DNA from: Octopus sinensis
Taxonomy: Eukaryota
NCBI RefSeq assembly: GCF_006345805.1
Contig: NW_021832409.1
Location: 1-64,000, forward strand
Direction of reading: 5' to 3'
Length of the DNA: 64,000 nt
Shown here piece after piece: positions 13,832 to 25,189 of this stretch. The notes under the pieces were generated by a model. The model did not search any database, was not told the DNA's origin, and saw only the letters and a list, made by a program, of their open reading frames with translations. A program made the translations under genes and the position numbers. How positions within the stretch are numbered: position 1 is the stretch's first letter; every line of letters starts with the position of its first letter.

Positions 13832-14242
13832 TCTTTTACTTTTTTACTTGTTTCTGTCAATTCGACTGCGGCCATGCTGGAGCACCGCATTTAGTCGAGC
13901 AAATCGACCCCAGAGCTTATTCTTTGTAAGCCTAGTACTTACTCTATCGGTCTCTTTTGCCGAACCGCTAAGTTACGGGGACGTAAACACACCAACATTG
14001 GTTGTCAAGTGATGTTGGGGCGGGGGACAAACACAGACACACAAACATACACACACACATACATACATACATATAGATATATATACATATATACGACGGG
14101 CTTCTTTTAGTTTCCGTCTAGAAGGCTTTGGTCACCCGGAGCTATAGTAGAAAACACTTGTCCAAAGTGCTATACAGGGGGACTGAACCCGGAACCATGT
14201 GACTGGTAAGCAGGCTACTTACCACATAGCCACTACTGCGCT
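13832..14242 (-). mobile_element. SINE family A, full length with internal deletion
   Basis: Head gtggctatgtggtaag..gggttcagtccc on the minus strand, internal CA/TA tract and family tail. Confidence 0.8.
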
Positions 14243-14289
14243 TATGCATGTAGCACTTCAAATCAAATAGATGGTTATACTGTACCTTC

Positions 14290-14800
14290 TTCATATCAGC
14301 GTTTCCCCAAATGTTCCACACGAAATCGGCAGGAGAAAAGCAGACTCATCCACATAATTCGCATTGACTACTTTGGTCCGCGGATCTTGATGCTGCAGCT
14401 GACTTCACTTACTGAATTCCTCTTTTGTAAGACGCATGTTGAATTCCTTGCCCCTCAAATAATGCTACACGATCAAAGATTGTCTTTCTCCTCTCGGCTC
14501 TGTCAGCTGCTTGTTTGTCCCAATTCTCAGTAGAAATATCACATTTCTTCAAGTTCATATTATGAAGGTTTTGCATCACTATTTGCGTTCTGAGGTTTTC
14601 CTTCGTCCTTGTCTCAATTCCCTGCAAAAGAGTTCTATTGGCATTTCGATATTACCTATTCAAACAAGATGTCTCCTCTACATCAAAACACTTCGAACGA
14701 TGATGACCTCATCGCTGGCCATTTGAGTTTTTGATAGAATTTCAATATCCGATATATGAGTGGTCCACTGTTCATTGAAATAATGTCTAGGTCAGGCCTT
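14290..14800 (-). mobile_element. RTE-clade LINE 3' remnant
   Basis: ORF 14409-14627 has LKKCDISTENWDKQAADRAERRKTIFDRVALFE, typical of the RTE C-terminal 'W...A.DR..WR' region; degraded flanking coding sequence. Confidence 0.6.
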
Positions 14801-15494
14801 ATTACCTTCCTTGCTTTAACTCTGAGAGTTGAAGCATTGGTATAACCATCGTATTATGAGCTATCATTCATTTGCATTGATTTATAAAAATACCATTCTA
14901 TTATACAATTCAGAGCATACATATTTGTGCAAACGTAAAATAATTTATTACGCACTAAAATTAGTATTGCATGATGAACGCTACAGAACGGTCGTAATCC
15001 TTAGAATAACAAATTTTTAGATAAATATATTCACCATTCATACCATCTGATATTATGCTTCATATACTCCTAATGAAATTATTTCATCAACTGGGATCTT
15101 CTGGATTCGGTTTCGTAGACTTCTGCATTACACCGCATCATATTAGATTATTAAATAGCATAGTCGAGTTCACTACAGGACATTTCTTCGATAGCCACAT
15201 GCTTCTATAAATAGACAGCGGTATATGGAGGATAAATACGAGAAGCGGGTAGAGAAAGACTCCAAGTCAAGTGGAGATGTTGCAGTTAGGAATAGGAACT
15301 GTTATACCTTCGGTAGAGAGTCGTTCCTCGACAATAAGAATACATATATCAACAAGAGGACAATGAAAAAGAAGGAGAAACAAAAGGAAACAAATAATAA
15401 ACAAAATTGGACAAATGAAAACCAAAATGTGAAGGACCTGCAAATGAAATCACATCACTGCGTTTACACACGATCAGAATAAAAATATATGACC

Positions 15495-15790
15495 CAGTTA
15501 GCAGCACTGATGTTTCTTTATATATTTACACTTGTTGCAAATCTCTGATCGAATTTTCAACTTGTAGTGATGGTGATGTACGTATTTTTCCTTCTCTTTT
15601 ATTCTGTCAGGTAAAGATCACATGTCATGCATCCAGTCTTGTAGGGTTTTCGGTCTTAATAATTTTCCATTAAATTTTATAGTTATAAGATCTTTCATGT
15701 AATTACCAAAATGTAATAATCTCTAAGATTTGTCACATTTCCATTTTCGCCATGATTCATACATGTCGGAAAAATACCTACAATCGTAGA
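15495..15790 (-). mobile_element. Penelope-like element, GIY-YIG C-terminal remnant
   Basis: Hand translation KI*WKIIK..PYKTGCMTCDLYLTE..LKIRSEICNKCK resembles PLE 'WKI..A.PY..G...C.LCLTEK...LNKRSE...KCRH'. Confidence 0.6.
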
Positions 15791-15891
15791 TATACACATA
15801 TACGCACATCTTATTAGAATGAAATATTTACTTATCTGTACGTCTGTGCGTGTTTGTGTATGCACATATGTATATATGCCTATATATGTCG

Positions 15892-15948
<57 letters not shown>

Positions 15949-15968
15949 CCCACAAACACACACACACA

Positions 15969-16014
<46 letters not shown>

Positions 16015-16530
16015 TATATACACGCACACACACTAATATATATATATACATATATTGCAGAAGGTTGGTAAGTTGTTAAGTAAGCAGCTTTCAAGTGGTA
16101 AGTAGCGCGATGTACATATGCGCGGGTTCACATTTTATATTTAAAATCATGCAGACACTTAAATCTGAATGAAAATAAAAATAAGATATGACAAGGAAAA
16201 AAGCACCACAAATAATGCCATATATAACCGGAAGACATCGTTCATCTTTGTTTTTATTATTTTTTGTTGTTTTTTTAGCTCGAAAGCTGACAATGGCGTT
16301 GCTGGAAAGATGCAAAGATACACTATTTAAAGTTCCGTGTAGTTCACGAGAGATAAATACCTGTCAGTCACTTAATGATCACCGACTGATCGGCGTTTCA
16401 TTAAAGTCTTTGCATTTGGTCTGAGAAATATATATGACATGCGTAATTTACACATGCAAACACAGACAAATATATACAAGACCAAATCGTATTTCTATAG
16501 AAGTCTACGAACAGGACCATATGTATAAGC

Positions 16531-16580
<50 letters not shown>

Positions 16581-16957
16581 TTGTGCGCGTGTATGTGTGT
16601 GTGTTTATGTATAAAGATGTACATAAACTCGTACATAAATATATATGTACATGTATATGTATATCTATGTATATATCATATATATATATATTATATATAT
16701 ATATATATACATGAGTGTGTGTGTCTATATAGGCATATACCTATATACGTATGTGTACTTACATACATACATGTATATCTATATGGATATATACGTAGAT
16801 AGATATACATAAGCATGTTTGTATATGCCGTCACGGACACACAAATGCATACACTTATATGTGTGTATATAATGATGAAAGAACCAAATGCCATCATCTC
16901 TTAGGAAAGTTTTCGTTTATTAACTCTTCATGAACACTGCGAGAAATATAACCTTAC

Positions 16958-16968
16958 CTACTACTACA

Positions 16969-17016
<48 letters not shown>

Positions 17017-17985
17017 ACTACAACTACTACTACTACTACTGCTGCTGCTGCTACTACAACTACTACTACTATTACTACTACTATTACTACTACTAATACT
17101 ACTACTACTACTACTAATAATAATAATGATAATTGTGATAATAATAATAATAATAATAAGAATAAGAAGAAGAAGAAGAAGAAGAAGAAAAAGAAGAATA
17201 TAATAATGATGATGATGATAATAATGAGGAGGAGGGGTAGGAGAAGGAGAAGAAGAAGAAGAAGAAGAAGAAGACGAAAAAGCAGAAAAAGAAGAAGAAG
17301 AGAAGAAGAAGAAGAAGAAAAGAGAGATATAATATGAGATGATGATAATAATGAGGAGAGGGGTGGAGAGAAGGAGAAGAAGAAGAAGAAGAAGAAGAAG
17401 ACGAAAAAGCAGAAAAAGAAGAAGAAGAAGAAGAAGAAAAAGCAGAAAAAGAAGAAGAAGAAAAGAAGAAGAAGAAGAAGAAGAAGAACAACAACAACAA
17501 CAACAACAACAACAAGAGGCGGAAGAAGAAGCAGACGAAGAAGAAGAAGAAGAAGAAGAAGAAGAAGAAGACGAAGAAAAAGAAGAGGACGACGACGATG
17601 ATGATGATGATGATGATGATGATGACGACGATGATGATGATGACGTATGATGGTGAGAAAGCGAAAAAGTATAATAAGAACAAGAACAACATTATCACAT
17701 CATCACATTACCATCACCAAGAAGCAACAACAACAACAACAACAAGAAGAGGCGGAGAAGAAGCCGACGAAGAAAAAGAAGAAGAAGAAGAAGAAGAAGA
17801 CGAAGAAAAAAAGAGGACGACGACGATGATGATGAGATGATGATGATGATGATGACGACGATGATGATGATGACGATTGATGATGGTGAGAAAGCGAAAA
17901 AGTATAATAAGAACAAGAACAAATATTAACGAATCACTATTAATCACCAAGAATAGCACAACAACAACAACAACAAGAAGCATAA
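16958..17985. repeat. Compound trinucleotide array (CTA/CTG/TAA/GAA/CAA/GAT) with higher-order duplications
   Basis: Directly visible; blocks ~17205-17335 vs ~17338-17490 and ~17490-17720 vs ~17722-17960 repeat. Confidence 0.9.
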
Positions 17986-18480
17986 GCAGGAATCCAACAT
18001 GAATGCTTTTTAAATTTGGGATTTATGTTAGAGAGAGCAAAATCTTCTTTTCCATGTCATTCTTGTAAAATGTTAAGTAGAAAACTGACATATTTTCTTC
18101 ATGGCATTTGGTAATCTTTGGTCAATTGTGTGTGACAGGTAATGGCCCAGGGCTTCCACAATTTCTCTCCCTCTCTCACTGACTCTATAGCTTTCTCTCT
18201 CTCTCGCTGTCTCTATCATTCTCTCTCTCTCTCTCTCTCTCTCTTTATATACATACATACATATACACACATATATATATGTATGTTTATATATATGTGC
18301 ATATATATGGTTATATATATATATATATATATATAGATATTATTATATATATATATATATATATAAACAAGAGAGACAGAGAAGGCAGAAACAGGAAATG
18401 TCACTTATATTGAACACTATAGAAATATTCTTTTAAAAAATCTTTTCTTCTAATTTTTCAAAATTTAATTATTTAATTGT

Positions 18481-18521
18481 TACAGTTGAAAAGGTCTCAA
18501 ATGACCGAAACCGGTACTGAA
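18481..18521 (+). ncRNA. Minimal PLE-type hammerhead with mutated core (probably inactive)
   Basis: cag-TTGAAAA-ggtc-tcaaat-gacc-GAAA-ccgg-TA-ctg; palindromic ACCGGT stem III; core has C3>U and G8>A. Confidence 0.5.
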
Positions 18522-18567
18522 ATGTTCTTTATAAAATTATTTCAGCATTTTCTATCTTGACTTGCTT

Positions 18568-18612
<45 letters not shown>

Positions 18613-18696
18613 ATAGATAGATAGATAGATAGATGATAGATAATAGATAGATAGATAGATAGATAGATAGATGATAGATAGATAGATAGATAAAAG

Positions 18697-18740
<44 letters not shown>

Positions 18741-18761
18741 GGATAGATAGATATATAGATA

Positions 18762-18804
<43 letters not shown>

Positions 18805-18999
18805 TTTATATATATATAAAATCAACATGATCATATAAGGTTATGGGCAATGAGATTTACCATAAATATACCAAACGTGTCAACAAATCATATCTGTATA
18901 TATGGTGGTATATATTTATGTATGCATGTATACATATAGATATGTATGTGGGTTTGTGTGTGTGCGTGAGCGTGTCTGTGTATATATAGATTCTGGGTG

Positions 19000-19044
<45 letters not shown>

Positions 19045-19918
19045 GATATATATGTTGTGTATTTGTCTATGTATATATTTATCTATGTTTGTATGCATGT
19101 ACGTAATGCGTATGTATGTGCGTATATATAACGATATGACACAATATAAATTAATAAACCACTGATTAAATTAGATATGAATTATTAGAGATAGACAGAC
19201 ATAAATACCTATGTATCCCCAGATACATATACACATATACATACGCACAGAGAAAACACACAGAAACACGTACATGAACATCCATATACGCAAAGACACA
19301 CAAGCACACACACACACACACACACACCATATATATATAATTAAATTATGCTGACATAAATATGTTATTAAATCATATTATAGCCTTCGACACCGCTATA
19401 TACCTTGTTTATCTTTTTCATATTATCGAAACGCTAAATTGTATTTTATTTCTATAAATATTTATTTGCACTCATTCATATCTATAACTGAGATATATTT
19501 TTATTATTATTTATTTTTTATCATCATTATTATTTTCTTATTAAGAAATCCGATGTAGAAATAAGTTTTTGTTTATTTATTTATTTAGGATTTATTTTAT
19601 TTTATTTTTTATTATATTTTATTTTATTTCATTTAAGATCTGTTCTCATATGTGTTTATTTCCGAATTTTTCTTTAGTACTTTATAGAATTAAGGTGTAT
19701 TTCACAAGGCTTCCAGGAAAAACGATCGAAAATTTCGTAAATAAAACTCCGAGTCCAAGAAAACATAGAATTGGTCTCCGTTTATAAATTCATTTAGGAA
19801 GTTTCGTAAATTCACATAAGTTCATGTTTTGTAGAGAAATGAATACCAAATTGATCTTTTCAAGGAACGCTACTTGTTCTCTTTCCGAACATGATCAAAT
19901 TGCTGCTGCTGCTGCTAT

Positions 19919-19953
<35 letters not shown>

Positions 19954-19982
19954 ATACTACTACTACTACTACTGGCTTTGCT

Positions 19983-20051
<69 letters not shown>

Positions 20052-20063
20052 TATTATTATTAC

Positions 20064-20312
20064 TGAGTGAGAGAGCAGTGCATGCCATCAGAGTGACACT
20101 GGGTCAAAATATACGAAGCCCAGCATACCCATCATGACTACCCGTCTGATAAGGATACACTAGGCACATGCATCGCAACCATATGTGCGCGACATGGGGA
20201 TCTCATATCAAGACAAACAGCGCATGACCTTGCAGGTGGAGCCCAGTTAGAATTTTCTTCTGGTCGAGTAACCCATTCCACTCAAAAGGTCCCTGAATAA
20301 GGATTGTTTAAG
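20064..20312 (-). mobile_element. Unclassified interspersed repeat, partial, next to (ATT)n
   Basis: Homologous to 41540-41780 (gagtgagagag.ag.gcatg.catca.agtgac.ct.gg..catcatgactaccc.tctgataag). Confidence 0.6.
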
Positions 20313-20324
20313 GAGACATATATA

Positions 20325-20500
20325 AATATAGGTATTATGTGAATACTGAGCGCTATGTGGCAGTGCTGAGGAAGTTTTGGTCATCACTGGGACCACGCAG
20401 AGGGATAAATCGAGATGAACAGTGGTTCCAGCAAGAAGGGGCCACAGCCACGCATCATATGAAATCCTAGCCTGGCCGAGAGAGCGATTTCAGGAGAGAC
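20325..20500 (+). pseudogene. Tc1/mariner-superfamily transposase fragment
   Basis: Hand translation NTERYVAVLRKFW...WFQQEGATA...LAWPRERFQERL, like the WFQQDGATAH second-Asp motif. Confidence 0.5.
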
Positions 20501-21818
20501 TCTCTCTCTCTCTCCTTCTCTCTCTCTCCTTCTCTCTCTCTCCTTCTCTCTCTCTCCTTCTCTCTCTCTCCTTCTCTCTCTCTCCTTCTCTCTCTCTCCC
20601 TGGGGCTTTCGCCATCGACGTCGTTGCCGCTCCGTTCTCGGCTCCCAGTTCCCTTTTTCTGCTTATCTCTAGTTGGATCCAAGCTTTTCCCCAGGTCACC
20701 TCGGCCTTGCTGCTTCCTTTCGAATGTTGTCACATTGCGTTATGCTTCTTTAAAGATTTCCTTCTCCTAGGTTTTGCATGCTTTTACTTATATCGATGAT
20801 GCTGTGCCTTCACCTTTGCTTTGTAAGATTTTGGACATACTCAAACCCATGCCCCTCTCTGCGAATGTGTGGTCCTTCTTCGTCTAGCCCCAATCCTGTG
20901 ACCGATTCAGATGGGTGGCTCTACCATAAGCTTACGCTTAGGTGACACAACTCCCAGGTTCACTGAGGCGCAGAAGCCACCCCGCTGCAACAAGGACTGC
21001 ACCTTATTTGACCTTTTGCAGCTGATAACGTATACCAGTCATATATTGTTATATAGATGCAATGGAAACTTTGGTTTTCATAAGCTACGTGATTGAAGTA
21101 ACAAATATTTTTTTTAGCACTACTCTTATTCAGGTGATTAATAGATATGTCCATTTTCTTAACATCATATCACCACAACACATCTCTTCATTTTTCCTTA
21201 CTTCCGTCTTCATCCATATTCCTTTTTATCTCCCCACTCTCTCTCTTTCTCACACTTTCCCTTTTCCCTTCAATCTTCTCCTTCCTTAGATTTGCTAATA
21301 GCATTCTGTTTATATCTTGTCAAGGATTTTTTCTCCTCTTCCTTTATATTTCATCTCGCTATTAAATCCCCTTCTTCTCTGCAAAGCCTTTTTAATCGGC
21401 AGCGAATGTTCTGTGTGGTCAGTGGCCAGAGAGCCATTATCAAGACAAGCTGCTGATTCCAACGACAGATTCTTCCGAGAGAGACACTTAGACAAGATTG
21501 GTCGAGAGATAACAGAAAGATTTATATAGGAAAGAAAAAAAGTCACAAAGACACGAGAGCAGCTGATGAAGATTATGATCATGATAATAGTAAAGACGAT
21601 GATGACGATAAACATGATGAAAAAATGATGATGATGATGATGATGATGATGAAGATGATGATGGTGGAAGTGGTGGCGGTGGTGATGATGATGAGGAGGA
21701 GGACGAGGATGATGTGGATACTGATGACGTCGACGATGAAGCCGATGATCGAAGGTAGAACATAAGGGGATCGGAAGCGATTACCGTGACTACAATACAT
21801 ATTACTACTGCTACTACA

Positions 21819-21919
<101 letters not shown>

Positions 21920-22163
21920 TAATAATGATAATAATAATAACAACAACAGCAACAAGGATAATGTGAGTATGATGATGATGATGATAATGGCGACAGCAAC
22001 AACGACATGACAATAACGAAATAAACAAATAGGAGAAAACATGGGAGGAGAAAATTTAAGGAACTCCTGTTAGCGAAAGCAAATTCCATCAACAGAAACG
22101 AAAACAGCTGAGTAGCAACACTGCTGCTGCTACTGTTGCTGCTGCTGCTGCTACTACTACTAT

Positions 22164-22212
<49 letters not shown>

Positions 22213-22238
22213 GCAGCTGCTGCTGCTGCTACTACTAT

Positions 22239-22287
<49 letters not shown>

Positions 22288-23049
22288 GCAGCTGCTGCTG
22301 CTGCTGTTATTACTACAACTTACAAAAAACAGAAATGCAAAAAACAAACTGGAGAATTTACCCAAGATTTATGGAGAATAACTAAAATAATACGTATATA
22401 TAAAGAAAAATTAGTGTATAGGATGTAATAGAAAGAAAGTACTACTAGAAATGTACGAAGAACCTATATGACATGAAATAACCATAAGTTAATAAGAAAA
22501 TTGGAAAAACATACATAACTGAAGAGCACGGAATTCTCTACAATTTAAGTAAAATATATATGTATCTTAAATTTGTATTGGTAACTCTGATTAATCAATT
22601 AAAAAAGGAACGATATTTGATAAAGAGAATGCATAGTCTTATTTATTTAATAGATTTGAGTAATTAATATAAGCGTACCAAGAAATGCGTTACCAGTATG
22701 TTGGAATATAATCTTTGGGAGGGTTTTAGAAGGTAGGTTTCGTTTCACGATTTAAATAGTAAGGTAAAACATGTTGATATCAAATATATAATTTGATTTT
22801 ATCGCGTCATGTGTAAATATACATTATTTAGTTACCTCACATCATCGACGTGAAATTTATAATTTATATAGATTTTCCAGAGTGATTTTGGTATACTTAC
22901 TAAAGTTCGCTTAGGTCTTGTATAGCATTGCTATTATTTTATATATATATATATACATACATACATACATACATACACATGCATACATATATATAACATA
23001 TGTATATATACAGTATGTATACAGTATATATATATATATATACATATAT

Positions 23050-23180
23050 ATACATATATATAACATATATATAACATATATATAACATATATATAACATA
23101 TATATAACATATATATAACATATATATAACATATATATAACATATATATAACATATATATAACATATATATAACATATGT
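23050..23180 (+). repeat. 11-bp tandem repeat (ATATATATAAC)n, about 11 copies
   Basis: Directly visible. Confidence 0.85.
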
Positions 23181-23239
23181 ATATATACAGTATGTATACA
23201 GTATATATATATATATACATACATACATACACATGCATA

Positions 23240-23498
23240 CATATATATAACATTCGGCTTTGGCGGTACAGGTCGTTTATTTATGATATGTTCAGAATCA
23301 GTCTTGCTGATGAGTACGGTCGCAACTGCGGTAAGTACGAAATCACAGGTGATACAAGACTAAATTCATTTTTTAAATGTCTTGCTTTGAAAAATTGCAT
23401 TGGGTATGATTAGTAAAATTTTTGGTAGAAATGACTAATGTTCCTCTTAGCGTGTGGCATGTATGTGTAATAATGCCCTCTATATATATAGTCATTAA
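23240..23498 (+). mobile_element. ~250-bp hammerhead-bearing repeat, copy 1 (PLE pseudo-LTR or retrozyme-like)
   Basis: Identical by eye to 24530-24788; contains an intact HHR; flanked by TA-rich microsatellite. Confidence 0.8.
23295..23367 (+). ncRNA. Type I hammerhead ribozyme, intact core; predicted cleavage after 23354
   Basis: Stem I agtcttg/caagact, core CTGATGA (23307-13), stem II gtac/gtac with inner cgc/gcg, GAAA (23339-42), stem III tca(c)/(g)tga, cleavage triplet AUA. Confidence 0.85.
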
Positions 23499-24529
23499 TA
23501 TATATATATATATTATATATATATATATTATATATATTATGTTATATTATCATATATTCTGTATTATATATATACATATATATACAGTATATATATATAT
23601 ATTATATATATATATATTATATATATATATTATATTATTATTATTTCCTTAATCATTATCATCACTATTGTTATCTGCTATTTCCACCTACTTCAGTCAA
23701 ACATGTTATTGTTGATGCTATTAATGTTGGTTTATTGTCTGGTATTATCCTTGTTCGCGAATTTTCTATAACCAAATAAATACTACTGCTTTTGCTATCC
23801 ATAACACCATAACAATTGTTCATAATGTTTGCATAAGGGATTTCACAGCAACGAAACCGTATGAATGTAGTTTTCTACTCAGAATGGCGAATTCCATATA
23901 CATTTAGACCAATATAAAGACGTTGTAAGTAGCTCTTTTTGAACAGCTCTTACCTTCGCGCTGTCAGAGAGAGAGACAGCTGTGCTCTATCTCTTATAAT
24001 TGGACAGACATAATTTTTTTCCGAATTATCTCCCATCCCACCTTAGTCTGTGAAGCTCTATCATTCACATATACCAAAACAACTGGTCCCTTTTTTTCCC
24101 TGCTTTCATACATTCCCCTTTCTTTTTTCTCTCCCTTCTCCCTCCATATCTCCGCTTCACAACCCTCTTTTTCTCTCTTTCTCTCTCCACCTCCCTTCCT
24201 TCTCCATCTCTATAGGTATTCTTCCTCCTAAGTTAGTAACCGAATTCTACAGCCCTGGCCGCATATATATATATATATATATAATATATATATATATATA
24301 TTATATATATATAATATATATATATACATATGTATATATACATATTACATGCGTTGCTTTATATTTCGAACAGTATTAGCTGAGGAAGGTTCTGCATAAG
24401 AGATGTTCTTCCTATTTTATATTGCGCAATGATCTGAAATATACATATTAAATGCTTTCAAATTATCATTACTTGGTATGGGCGCCATTATACATATACA
24501 TATATCATATATCATATATATATATATAA

Positions 24530-24788
24530 CATATATATAACATTCGGCTTTGGCGGTACAGGTCGTTTATTTATGATATGTTCAGAATCAGTCTTGCTGA
24601 TGAGTACGGTCGCAACTGCGGTAAGTACGAAATCACAGGTGATACAAGACTAAATTCATTTTTTAAATGTCTTGCTTTGAAAAATTGCATTGGGTATGAT
24701 TAGTAAAATTTTTGGTAGAAATGACTAATGTTCCTCTTAGCGTGTGGCATGTATGTGTAATAATGCCCTCTATATATATAGTCATTAA
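24530..24788 (+). mobile_element. ~250-bp hammerhead-bearing repeat, copy 2
   Basis: Identical to 23240-23498 at an offset of exactly 1290 bp. Confidence 0.8.
24585..24657 (+). ncRNA. Type I hammerhead ribozyme, intact core; predicted cleavage after 24644
   Basis: Same sequence as 23295-23367. Confidence 0.85.
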
Positions 24789-24807
24789 ATATATATATAT
24801 ATATATA

Positions 24808-24995
24808 GTCATTAAAAGCAGGGAAGAAAATACTTCTAGACTAATAGATGTAAGTGATCCCACATGAGAAAATATTTCTGTAAAGTAATTTAACAAATTA
24901 GGTAAATATAAGGAACTAAAATTTGAAATACAAACGATGTTGTATCATAAAGCGAGAACTGTTCCTGTTATTGTCGGTACCCTATGTATCCCTGT
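24808..24995 (+). mobile_element. R4/Dong-like RLE endonuclease remnant
   Basis: Hand translation ..LIDVSDPT*ENISVK*FNKLGKYKELKFEIQTM..TVPVIVGTL, homologous to the ORF at 42409-42711. Confidence 0.65.
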
Positions 24996-25189
24996 AAAGT
25001 CTATCCCGAACAGGTAGCACCTCTCGGTAGCACTGCCAGGCAAGGGATTTCTGGAAGTTATCCATAGGTGCAGCCCCTTAAGTTCTCCAAAAGAGACCGG
25101 TTAGCTGATCTTCATCGGAGCCCAGAGTTTCTCCGAGAAAGTCGTCGCACTCTCTCTCCACTAGCCCTCTATACAAAACTTGACTGGAA

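Noticed and set aside
16930-17983. Poly-T/A/R/E/D/Q ORFs resembling low-complexity proteins (also 49362-50081, 51549-52007, 54966-55424)
   Set aside because: Open in several frames on both strands because they are trinucleotide arrays; no domain or splice context.
20600-21000. Possible L1/Tx1 ORF1 zinc-knuckle remnant
   Set aside because: Too degraded to support without a search.
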